The notes: generated by a model from the letters alone, not told the origin. A stretch of DNA of 64,000 bases from Zygnema circumcarinatum SAG 698-1b (GCA_037447605.1 CM074807.1:2800327-2864326), one strand, 5' to 3'; counted from the stretch's first letter, positions 13,951-25,905 are shown. Numbers and translations are program-made.

Positions 13951-16900
13951 TCACACCACCTGTCGGAGCAGAGGGGTTCTCTCAGAGGCGTCCTTCTCCC
14001 CAGCAGTTCGGCAGCGTTCCAAATAACATACCTGCAACACCCCTGCTCTCTTTTTCTCTCACGGCGCTTAAGAAAAGCTGAAATTCTGCCTCAGCATACC
14101 TTTATCATAGAGCCTGTCGTTTTGAACTGAGACAAGACGAGGGCTAGAACCTCCTAAGCCTAGAACCTGTTGTTTCAAATTGAGATAGTCACTCAACTGT
14201 AGTCAAGCGAGGAGGTCAGAAATGAGTTGTAAATGCAAGACAGTTCTCTTCTGAAACAAGTGACTCCGTGTACGATGCATCATCTACAGCCTTGGTCCGT
14301 GTGGAAGCCCACCTGCATGAAAATGGAGATGTCAAGGGAGAGGGTTCCCATGCTGCCCAACAGCCACGGGGCCTTGCCTGCAAGCTCCGCCCTGCCCCCT
14401 CCCTCCCCCCAACAAAACCAGTGAGCCTTTTGCTGTACTCCGCTCTGATCTGAAATATTTCTCCCCTTAGATGATCAAGGAGTTTCAATTTGAGAGGATC
14501 TATACACACCAGCTGCCCGCCCGGAGCAGGATGGCAAGGCCGTAAGTGAGGTTGGCCATAAAAGCGCAAAAGAACATTGCCAGGGAGAGTCCTTCAGCAG
14601 ACTTGCGCTGATTGTTGCGTACAAGCTGCGCAACGCGAGACCCGAGGTAAAAGCCTGCAGACCCCCACCTGCGAGCAGACCCCCAGGCAGTTCGGATAGC
14701 CCGGCTTTCAAGGGATATAGACTTTCGACCGTTTCGTTTTGAGAAACCCAAGGCAACTCGCCTCAAACAAACAATCAACAAAATATACACTTCCCAATAC
14801 TGAAAATTGGCCATATTTGAGAGCATACCCGAGTAGAAGCCCAACGTAGCGTAGCCACCACACTTGGGCTGTTGCTCCGCACATAACTAGTAGCCGTCTA
14901 ATGGGGCCTTGACCTCCTTCTCTATGCCACTGTCTGTCCAAGTTCGTGGTGCCTTCACTAAATTTCGAGAGGAGCAGCGTCAGCCATTGGCTCCATAACT
15001 GCCATCTATGCCAATCAAGAATCTGCGGGCTACTTAATGTCCCCACGGTCAGCCATTTGGAAGCTTTATAATCCAGTAGTTTGCGCCCAAGTTGTTGCGA
15101 AACAGTCTCTTCACTACCAAAGAGCAAACCAGCTTTGATATTTTCACCTCCATAGTCATATCTCCTGTTGGCCCCTAATCCTCCGCCAGCTTGTAATAAA
15201 GACGAACAGATAACAAGCCCAGCAATACAGGCTAGGGCTCGCCTCCTACTTGAAGAAGGACCAGCTTCATGAGAAGTGTCACGCGACTTGGCTCCGTTGG
15301 AGCGATCACTTGAAGGGTCTACATCCTGACTCAGACACGAAGTGTCGTCGGGTAATGTTTTCTCTGCCTCAGCCTGATCCCGTTCAGAAATGCTCATACA
15401 GTCTGTCGCTACAGGATGCACAGCTTCTAAATGGGGCCTACAATCAGACTGGGCTTCACCCGGTCTCCCCGTTTCATTCGACTGAAACTGAGTTTCACTA
15501 TGCAAAGTGGACGACGCAGGCAGGGACGACTGTAGACTTAAGCTTGACCTAATCTCTCTAACTTCTTGAAAGCGGGGTGGAAGTCCAGCTCCATTTGTAC
15601 TCCCTGAGACCACCCCTAACCTTCTGCCAACAAGGCCTCTTCCATAAACACACTTCTCAGAGCCTGTTTCCTCTCGTCTCCTGCTCTCATCCACCATCTT
15701 CGCCTGTGGTTCTGCCGCTTTACCACCTGCTGCATCGGTGCCTTGGAGATAAGCTTCGAGTTCCTTTACAGGTCGACGCTTACGTGCATTCCTCTGCCAG
15801 TTATGATGAATGGTTAAACGAGGATGGAGAGGAGGGCCATACTCCAGCCCATACTCCTCCACAATTCGCCGAAGATTTCGGCGCCACTCCTTTGAGGAGC
15901 GCGGCGGTACTCTGCTCTCACGAGCATCCCCCACGACAGGTCGTCTGGGGGCAGTGCAGGGATCGGAACGCTCAGGCTCTCGTACATTCTCCTGAACGTT
16001 TGGGAACACCATAATCTCCCCTTGTTCAACAGGACGCTTTGAGGAACCTGACTCTAATTCCAACGGCCTTTGATAAGCCCCCTCTACATGCACTGTAGTG
16101 CTGCTTCCCTCTGGCTTACCGGGGCGTCTCGTTTCGCTTTCTTCACTCGCTTGCTTGCTGTGAGATGCATTGTCGGAGGCGCTCAGAGGCTTGTGTGGAC
16201 CTTGCCATGCGTGAGCGATCATGACTGCCCCCGACCTTCCCGTGACGAATGTCACTGGCTGATAGTGAGGCTGTGGGTGGTGCCCCACTGCTGCACGACT
16301 GCTCTTCTCCCCCGACTCAGCCACCAATGCAGCTCCAGGTTGCCGCCCTGCAGACTCCAACGCAGCTACTGTTTAGTATGACGTGAAGAAATGCAGCAGA
16401 AGCAGCAAAAGGACAAATGAGAAAAGAGGAAGTGAAAGGAATGTTACGTTGATTCTCCATTCCGAACTTACTCCTATCCAACTCCCCATCTGAAATGGCC
16501 CAATAACAACCAGAGGATTGTTTGTTTGCTGATATGTCCGATTCCTGAACATCTGCTGCCAATTGCACTTGGTCCCTGTTGTGGATTTGGTAATACACAT
16601 ACTGCACAAGCACAATGCCCAGACTACATGAGGGATCCAGCCATGCGACTTTCTAAAATGAAAAAATAAGAAGAATCTTCAGAATTTCTATGCCTAATTG
16701 GGTCTCATCCACAGCAGCAAACAGCCACGGGCTCTGTGGAGAGTACCATTAAGGGGCAGGTCAGAATGGGATGACACTGAACAGAAGAAGCAAAACGAAA
16801 GCACCTCAGATACCTACTTGAGAGATAATGCAGCAGTCAGCAAAAATAAAGTAACAAGCGGTGAAGGTCTCCGTGGCGAGCTGGTCGCCCGTCAGAATGC

Positions 16901-17417
16901 AGCCAAGGAGGTTAAGAGTATCTCCCTGAGCCCTCCGAACCAACAACTGTCTTAATTCAATACCAGTTTCGATTCGATTTCAGAGAATTTCAAATTGGAC
17001 GCGGTTCTACGTCTGGTACGAGTCACTAAAGCCCACAACAGTACATTCAACAGAATCTGTTGTGCAGGTGCACGTACTGTCCTGGACTTAAAGCAAGAAC
17101 AAAACATTTGGAATGCATTGCCTCAATTCACTCAAACAGACGCTTGCCCGCAAAGGTGACATAGATGGATCCTGCACGCTTACTGAGAGCCACTGAAAGA
17201 GAAACCATGGAGACAAGGCGTCGGCGCTTTTACAGCGAATGTTACGAATGAACTGCGGAAGCTGTGCAATCACCCAAAATAGGATTGAACTTATTCCCAT
17301 AACGAACCCCACCATATCCCATGGTGTGTACACGCAATCGCTGAACCATCCTTGTATCCATCCAACTGCATCTGCTCCACATTCACACTTGGGAACGGTC
17401 GCTCCTGGAACCCACAT
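13951..17417 (-). CDS. PQLC2: PQ-loop repeat vacuolar/lysosomal cationic amino-acid transporter (PQLC2/LAAT1/YPQ family) with a greatly expanded central region
   Basis: First PQ loop WVIAQLPQFIRNIRCKSADALSPWFLFQWLS|GDTLNLLGCIL. Second loop GWGSAGFYLGSRVAQLVRNNQRKSAEGLSLAMF. PWLLGSMGTLSLDISIFMQ. C-terminal dileucine sorting motif ERTPLL. One in-frame segment spans 14829-16368. Start ATG at 17417 is inferred. Confidence 0.88.
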
Positions 17418-18440
17418 CGCCTGCACGAATTGCATTCAACGAGCGGATGTCTCCGCTTCATGCAAGAACGGATGGCCTAGAGCTGCCGATGCCTGCAGCG
17501 CTGCGCTACGGATAATCCATGTCGAAAGCGCAGCGCATGCGAGCCTCACTTCAGCATCCTCTTGCTTCTGCTTCAGGGTTCTCTACACAAGCAACAAATC
17601 CCGCGGAACATCCCTGGTCAGCTCCCCACGCAGATTTCATTCCAGTAGAGCATCAGAAGCAAACGAATTCAACGATCCTCAGTAATTCCCTGCGCTCCTT
17701 CTCCAGAACTGCTTTCAAAACCTAATACTGGCGCCTCCAAGTCCCTGCAACTCCCCGCCTGCAGCAGTATCCAGCCCTCCCTAAGCTCCAGTACATGTCT
17801 ACCAATCGGCAGCTATGCCTCCGCCATCGCAGGCAGCAGGCCGCACCTTCATCTCCCCGCAACCTCCTGCAGACCCTCCCCTCCGCCGTGGCCGCCGCCC
17901 TTCAGCACCTCAACCACTTCAACCGTCTGCAGTTTGCCCAAGTGCTTCGGACGTTCTCGATTGCGTCACGTGGTAGTCTAAACTGTCCTTCATCGTCCGA
18001 TCAAAGAGGACGTAGTCCCACGTGACACTGAGTTTTTGCACTATTCTCCACGTGGCGCGCTCTGATTGGACACACTCCGGCTGCGACTGCCAATGGCGAG
18101 GGCCCTTTTGGCACGGGGCCTGCACCTGGCCGAATATTAGCGCTTCTTAATACCCCATTTGCACCCCATCTCCAAATTAATTTATGGATTGGGCGGCGCG
18201 CAATCCACGCCAAGGCTGACGTGGCGCGAATGGCGCCATGTCATCGGCGAGGATACGATCGGACGGCCCAGATTACGTTTCGCTTGATATGTCCGTAGCG
18301 TGATAGACATCGACCGGGGGAGGTGTTACCTGGATGCGGCTGGTAGTGGACACGCGACAGATAAAGCCAACGCCAGCGTGGCGAGAACCTCCATGTGGAT
18401 CACGCAGCCCAGTTTACAGTTCGGCGCTCTTCTTGTTCCG

Positions 18441-20190
18441 TGTTGTAGATCGCGCACTATGTACAGTAATTGGAAAACGATGTGGCGTTGATCTCACGAT
18501 GGCGATGAGGCCATCAAATGTGCATGGACAAATCAGCATGGAGAACCACGAGGAACAGGTCACAAAGGACCCAAGGACATATTACTAGTCAATTGAAGCT
18601 AGTGAATTGTCACCAGAATTGTTACTGACAATTCACTAGCTCTCCACACACGGAAAACCCTCACAAAGGTCCACCTCCTCTTGCCAAAGCCATGCCTCAA
18701 ACCTTGCAACACACATCAAGAAGGTTACTATCATACACACCCACTCCTCACTACATCGTATGGTGCTGTGATGTAACAATGTCACGTCACACCTGGCGGG
18801 ACCATGCATGCAACAACCTTATTCAAACAACCTTATCAAACTACTTCGTGTCTTGCCATGCATAGTAGGTCTAGCCTAGCAACGTGCCAACGCCACCATC
18901 CTAACCCAAGTGACGATGCACTCTACCGCCCCGCTGTGCATCCCACTGGCCCACACGACGACTAACTCCCCTACTCAAGATAGGCTCCATCGACTTCTCT
19001 TCCTCTGCCTTGATCTGCCGCCACAAGGCCCACAACATTCCAAGACTCCGCACTCTAGAGACGAGTCCTCAGAGCGATGTTGAATGTCGGCCTCCCGACC
19101 GCAATATCCACATCGCCGTTCGGTCGGTCTTGCCTCCGCGCGCACGCTCCTGAGTCATACGATGAAGCAAGTCTGCCCCCGTACATCTCACATCTAGAAG
19201 CACACCTCTATGAACTAAGTGTTGTACAGCACTAGAGACTGTACAACGTTTTGTGGGACTACTGTAGTGAGGTTAGAGTGATGTCATGATGTGTCTTGCA
19301 GATGTTGGAGGCACGATTGTACGGTAGTCAGAGTCCGTACCATAATATTTGTACGGTGTACGAACTGTACGGGCAATACGGATGAACAAGAATGGTGGCG
19401 CCGCATCTCACCGCCGCGTCAAGCAAAGAGGGCAGAAGGCTTGAACCCTAAATCGATCTTTAGAGGGCCTGCTTGGATGGTTAGCAGAAAAAGTCAGGGC
19501 AATTGTCTATGGGAATATAAGCGGAATAATGAAAGCAAGAAATAGTAGTGTGCCACTGTTGAACATGTTTTGTTTTAATTCATAGCAACAAGAGTTTTAG
19601 GTTGGTGGGGCTTTCTCCAATCTATTGAGCTTTTATGATGTCTTAGACTAAAGAATCAGGTGGGGGAGACACGGCACGAGGGAGATCCATGGATGCATCT
19701 CCTACTCTAAGTGGCAACACAAACATGCTAATCTAAACTAATTATATACACTAACATTCCCCCTCTTAAGCACTTTAGTTCTTGAAGGGCCCCAACCCAA
19801 TGAGATCTGAATTTACCCTTAAGGTCTCATCACTAACCGCCTTAGTCAACATGTCGGCTGCCTGCTCTTTGGTCCTAATGAACTTGATGTCAACAAGTCC
19901 ATGCTCTACCTCTTGTCTCACATAGTGATACTGGATCTGAATTTGCTTGCCCATTTTGTGGAAGATCGGATTCTCCATGAGGGCAATTGATGACATATTG
20001 TATGTGAAGAGTAGCAATTAGAGTTGAGGTAGTTCACACTCCCAAAAGAAGTTCCTTAACCATTTACATTCCTTGGCTGCATGGCATGTTGCCATGTATT
20101 CGGCTTCAGTGTTGGAGAGAGCCATCGAAGCGTGCAAGGTAGAGTTCCACGTGATGGCTCCACCTGTATTTAAGAAAACATAATCGAAAC
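18441..20190 (-). mobile_element. Ty1/copia remnant A: RNase H C-terminus, PPT and 3' LTR (LTR 18441-19756, interrupted by a solo LTR)
   Basis: Copia RNase H motifs AITWNS...ALSNTEAEYMA and NPIFHK..QIQYHYVRQEV..FIRTKEQAADMLTKAV. PPT AGAGGGGGAA at 19757-19766. On minus the LTR starts TGTTAG (19756) and ends CTACAACA (18441). Confidence 0.88.
19220..19706. mobile_element. Nested 487-bp solo LTR with 5-bp target-site duplication CTAAG
   Basis: CTAAG at 19215-19219 and 19707-19711 flanks an insert starting TGTTG and ending CCTACT (one change from CCTACA). Removing it restores collinearity with LTR B (tgaactaag[t/g]ggcaa[c/g]acaaac). Confidence 0.8.
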
Positions 20191-20239
20191 TCAGAATGGC
20201 AAATGGGTCTCTTTATTCCTTTGTTAGAGGAAATATCAA

Positions 20240-21806
20240 AGGATATGTTGCGGAGGTTCAGAATATTAGAGTGCAAGCTATGCACAAGTCCCCGGAGTGT
20301 GCTTCACTAAGGAGATGCCACCATCTACAAAGGAGGAGGCAGCAGAGGCAATGGTTGCTATGCCATATCGATTTGCTATTGGGAGCCTTATGTACTTGAT
20401 GATAGGTAAGAGGCCTAATATTGCAAAGGTTGTGAGCACATCAAGCAGATTCATAAAAAACCCCAAAAAGCATTCAGAAGTAGTCAAACGCATATTTCTG
20501 TTTCTAAAGGGAATAATCGATTATGGTTTATGGTTTCAAGTTTAAGTGGGGGGTTTGTAGGTGAATCATTGGCTATATAGACGCTGGCTAATAAGGGGAT
20601 GTGGATTCATCATGATCCATATCTTGTTATGTTTTTTGGGATGCAGGTGAAGCCATCACATGGAACTCTACTTTGTTGGCATTAGTGGCTCTTTCTAGCA
20701 CTGAGACAGAGTACATGGCAGCGTACAATGTATCAAGGGAATGTGAATAGTTTAAGTAATTTCTTTTGGGAGTATGAGCAACTTCAACTCTTATTATTAT
20801 TCTTCACGATTAACAAGTTTTCCATTGCACTCATAGAGAATTCGGTCTTCCACAAGAGGAGCAAACACATTTAGATTCAATATCACTATGTGAGGCAAGC
20901 GGTGATGCAAGGATTTGACATCAAGTCTATTAAGAGTAAAGAGCATGCAGTCGACATGTTGACTAAGGCTATTGGTGGTGAGACTTTGAGGGTGAGCTAA
21001 GGCCCTTTAGAAACTGAAGTGCCAAAGATGGAGGATGTTAGTATACATAGTTAGTTTCAATTAGCATGTTTGTCTTGCCCCTTAGTTCATAAAAGTGTGC
21101 TCTTAAATGTGAGATGTATGGGGGTAGACTTGCTTCATTGTATGACTTAAGAATGCGCATGGAGGCAAGACTAACTGAACGGCCAATGTAGATATTGCGA
21201 TTAAAAGTCTTGACATTCAACATTGCTCTAAGGAATCTTTTCTAGAGTGCAGTCTTGGAATCTTGTGGCAACAGATCAAGGTAAAGGAAGAGAAGTCGGT
21301 GGAGTTTATCTGAAGGAGTAGGGGAGTTAGTCTTCGTGTGGCCGATAGAATGTACAGTCGGCCGGTAGATTGTCACTTGGGTTAGGATGTAGCATTGGCA
21401 TGTTGCTAGGCTAGACCTACTATGCATGGCAAGACACAAAGTAGTTTGATAAGGTTTGTTTAAATAAGGTTGTTGCATGCATGGTCCCGCCAGGTGTGAT
21501 GTGATTGTCAATGTCACATACCAGTAATTGTCAGTTACCTAGATATAATTTTGTTCATAACTTAGATATAATTTTGTTTATAACCTAAATATAATTTCGT
21601 TCATAGGTCATTTGTGGCCGATGTCCTTGTGGTTCTCCATGTTGCTTTTGGCTACGTGCCTTTGATGGCATCGTCATTGCCATCTCGGAATCAGTTATGC
21701 CCGTATAGTAGTAACTTTTACCCTCCACATAACGAGAGATCGTTGCATTTGTTGGCATTTTGGCATGTGCATTTGGAGCCTCAAGTGCATCTTGCAATCT
21801 TTAACA
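20240..21806 (+). mobile_element. Ty1/copia remnant B: decayed RT C-terminus, RNase H, PPT and 3' LTR (from 21036; right end about 21806, tentative)
   Basis: MPYRFAIGSLMYLMIGKRPNIAKVVSTSSRF...VKRIFLFLKGIIDYGLWF, AITWNS..ALSSTETEYMAA, with multiple stops. LTR starts TGTTAG at 21036 and is clearly homologous by eye to LTR A in reverse complement. Possible TAACA end at 21802-21806. Confidence 0.85.
21538..21606. repeat. Three tandem copies of a 23-bp AT-rich unit inside LTR B
   Basis: cctagatataattttgttcataa / cttagatataattttgtttataa / cctaaatataatttcgttcatag. Confidence 0.95.
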
Positions 21807-22322
21807 GCAAAGCAATGAAAATTAGAAGCCAGAACCAACGCATACTCTCGCCTTATCTGCCTATACGTATGTGGTTATGTATGTATCGCACATGAGCATT
21901 GAACATCCAATGTGCCCGTGCATGTGCTTTGTCTTTACGCTCTTGAGGTTGCCACACTCCAGGCACAGCGGAGGGCCATATAGTATAGAACAGTCTTAAG
22001 GCATACCACGACAGTGCGTGGCACTATCAGCAACAATGCTTTTGCCATCAACCAAAACAATTTTTTCATTACAGAGTAGAGAATAGTAATCTTCATCTTT
22101 GGTTGCTCTCGACTGTACAGATGGCACAGCTGCATATCCATTCCTCTCTACGAAAGACAAGAACCCCATTTTCCATTTACCCCTAAAGCAACTTCCCCTT
22201 TCAAATAGGGTACAGCTACATACTCGGCTCCACAAATTCCATCACCAGCCCTCGGCTTAGCAGGAGCTCATTATGCACAACCACCATCCCATCCACCCCG
22301 GGCCCACCCGCAAACCCACCCC

Positions 22323-25300
22323 TCACTCAAACCTCTGCATTCTTTGCATGAGGTCTACCGGCTGGACGGGCGTGGAAGCAGAAAACGGGGGCTGTGAGAG
22401 CAGGCCGGCTGTCTGGGCAGCAGCCATAGCCCCTCCCCCCCCAGGGCCTGAAGGGATCCCCTTGGCAAATCCTGCAACGACCTCAGCAGGAGCGGCCTTT
22501 GCAAGGGCAGCCGCCTGGGCCAGCTGGACTACTTGCAGGCGGTACTCTGTGTCAGGCCTGCGGCATATCTTGCGCAAAGGAACCACTTCCTGCAAAGCGG
22601 AGGGACGCGCGGCAATCACAAGGGCTGCAGTGTGTGAGGGGAACGGAAGCCAACTTCAGAGAATTGAAGAAAAAGTACCTCATTTCCATCGTGGCGGTAG
22701 CGCACCCAGAAGCGGCAGCGGCAGCCGCGAACATCATGGCGCCGCCTCTGCACATCGAGAACATCAGCGTCAAAGTACAGAGCCTGCTCGTTGGCCTCCT
22801 GCAGCACACAGGATAAGCTTGTAGTCAGACAGTCCATGCAGCTGGCCACCGTGATAAACGTTGCTGCTCTCAGCGTTTTATTGCTACAGCAGAAGTTCAT
22901 TCGACAAATCCATCAGCTTGAAAAGGATAAAAACGGTTTGCTTCCTTAATTGACTCTGCTTGTAATTCTGCAGCCCACTGGGAGACTGGATACCCCAATA
23001 AGAAAAGCATCCACGGACATGTAACCTTTGCAAAACACACGTGACTTGGAATGCGCACCTGAAAGCACAGGACAAGATCCTGTGGAAGCACCGCTACACA
23101 CTCTGTGGCTTCACATGGCAGAGAGCGCTGCCGCACAGAAGTCCGAGCATTCACCCATTCACTCTCATCCTCACCGAAGCCGGCAAACTGTACTCTCACT
23201 TCCTGCCAGCAGAATAACGCCTTGATTAGATGATGTGAATGCCAAGGGATGAAGGTATTCTTAATGAACAATCGGCTCTCAGTCAACTTGCCGTACTTTC
23301 ATTTCGAAACAAAAAGTGGAAGGTCCCTTTGAGAAAGATGTATATCCAGTTAACAGCAATGCACTGGAATACAGGGTAAGATATCTGCGTCCCTCGTACC
23401 CGGTTGAGTAATGGCTAATCAGCCCTTATCTCAGGCTGTACAGATAGTAGCAAGAAAAAACCACAACTTCTTTCTCGCATGCCATCAATCATGCACCAGG
23501 AAATAGGGCCCTATGACAGTACTAAATCATCTCTAGAGAAATTAAAGTGATCTCCTCAGCCTCAAAGACTTCGAACAAGACCAGCCAAGTTCGAAGTCAC
23601 AAGATAGAAAGAACAGTCAATGATTGCATTATGGACAGGCTCATTACGCTTTTACGCATGGTCGACTATTTGACCAGACATTAACATAACTGACAACAGC
23701 CGAATACTTAACAGAACACAAATCAATCGTGCTTGCGCTGTCGCTCTGATGCATCCATGCTAAGGCAGGTCAAGCAGCTGACCTCTTCTCCCGTAGCATT
23801 TTTTCGTTGACCTCCAAACGAATCTACATCATACCTGCACACACCCGTCCGACGAGGGCATCCTGCAACGAGCAATAACGCAAAAATGGTCTTTGCGCAT
23901 AGCCAGCTTGAAAAGTTTCACACAATTTTATAAGGAGTCCGAACTGTCTCGAACCCTGCCAGAATGCTCTCTACTAAATTACGGATGGTCGAAAATGCAC
24001 ATGTATTTGCCAAAGAAGATATGATGGTTGAGCAACAAGGCACTCACCAGGCTCCATCTCGTCCAGACTTCGCCTCAAACTCCATAGTTGACGCAAGGGC
24101 CTCCAAATTCACTGTAGCGTTCAAGTGGCCAGCAACTGCATTACAAATCACTTCTACAGAAGAGAGCTCTCGATATCCAAGGTAGAATCTGCAGATTACC
24201 TTCTGTCTGTTTCCAATGAGAGGATAAAAGCTCGCTTGCCGCTTGACTAGAATCACACCCCTTCTAAGTGAATACCAGCTAAGTAAAAAATAGCCTAGGA
24301 AGTTTATTTCTAACTCATTGAGAGGGGTAGGCGATGATACTCTTCAAGCTTACGGGGGAAACTCTTTCGTGCGGGAAATAGTCTCATAAATTTGAGGGTT
24401 TCAATTGAGATTGGCTCAATGTCCGCGAAGCGTACAAAACATTTGTCAAGACCTTATTCACTTAGAAGGGGTTCTATTGTACACATTTCCACTTATAGAA
24501 TGCTCAACCATAGCAAATACACAGCAGAACAATATCCTTGTCCTTGCCTCACTTGCTTCTATACGTCCTTCCCTCTTTTGCAAACGGCGAGTCTTAGCAC
24601 ATCCATATCCACATGTGAAACCCCACTCTGCTCTGATATAATGGCAACAATCGTCGCATTTTCTTTTACTTCAGCTACACTTTGTTTGACATTCCTACAC
24701 CCCTCCTGGCACTCAAACTCCTATACAATCAGAGTTTTCCACTCTTTACTATAATTTTCCAGGATTGTACGCTTCTTCAATCGAGGTTTGTATGAGTACA
24801 ATGGCAAGGTTGGTTACGCACCTGGAGGTTCCATCTCGCTACTATTGCTCTTCCGTCGACTTGCAATTAAGCCCTTGTTTCGCATCATATGACGTTTATT
24901 CTGAAACCAATTCCACACCTGCAGGGATGCAAAGCACCTTGAGCTACTCTGAATAGGGCCAGAAAACGACTTGCTATAGCATTGCTGCAGCCCATGTTTC
25001 GAATTCAAAAATCAGGATGTTACATGTTGTATAGCATTACCGTGAGATTTAAACGCCAGAGCTTTGGTTAACGATATCAAGTGGAAAAGAATAAACTCCC
25101 AACAGACTGTTCCACTTTTAGACAACCAAAGATGATTAACTGCTCTGTCTGTAAGCGTTCAATTTGCACAAACCTGCTTCCACACAACGTTCTTATGCCC
25201 CGTTTCCATTCTAGCAGCGGAAAACCGGTCTGCGATGGCTTCAATCACAGTTTTGGCGGGCGTGTGAAAGTTATTATCTTGCAGCATTTGCTCCATCTCT

Positions 25301-25616
25301 GCTGTCTGCAACCACGCCCGAGCGATAATCAGGGTCAGCTCAAATCTTCAGGAGAAAATGAGCAGCTCCATCAAGCCAAAATCCTTCCCGCTTCTGCCAA
25401 GTCCAAACCTAACTTTTGATTTAACACAGCTCGGCTTCTGCAACGAGACTTTCCTCCAGCTATGACTTGCAGATATTTCAAAGAAACGGTTTAGAAAAAA
25501 TAATTCTGATCAAGGGGAAAACCAAACAGGAGAGAGCTCCAAAAACTGTAAGGGAACGTGATTGACAAGACGAGGACGGGAGAAACAACCTCCTGCGGAA
25601 GAAAGCGGAACGCCAT
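22323..25616 (-). CDS. SHH: SAWADEE homeodomain homolog (SHH1/SHH2-like, RdDM histone reader)
   Basis: Spliced product MAFRFLPQE|[21 protein letters not shown]|VWNWFQNKR (homeodomain), then [13 protein letters not shown]|[70 protein letters not shown] (SAWADEE). The exact 3' end is uncertain. Confidence 0.92.
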
Positions 25617-25824
25617 GACTTCCCCAACAGCAGCAATTTCTGCACGCTATAGCATTTGCCGCATCCGTCTGCTCGGAGCTGCGCTCAGCGCCGAGCGCCA
25701 TCCTCTGCCGGGCCTTCAGCCGCCATGGCCGTGGCTGCCTCCATCCCGGCCCTCGCCACGCCTCTCGGAACGCGCACTGGCACATGCCGTAGCGTATCGA
25801 GGTGACGATTCCATTTACGGCCGA

Positions 25825-25905
25825 TGACGTCACACAACCAGCCAACAATCTTTCGACTCCCGTTCAAGCACGCCGCTTTCGCGCCAAATGGAGGTGATGA
25901 CGTCA
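25825..25905. promoter_or_regulatory. Pair of perfect TGACGTCA (C-box/CRE) palindromes upstream of SHH
   Basis: GATGACGTCACA at both sites (cores 25825-25832 and 25898-25905), 210-290 bp upstream of the SHH ATG. Confidence 0.55.

Noticed and set aside
18585-18641. Helitron 3' end call
   Set aside because: Hairpin plus CTAG|T fits loosely, but the stem is atypically long and AT-rich, no 5' end was found, and part of the arm is shared with LTR B. Kept only as a low-interest hairpin.
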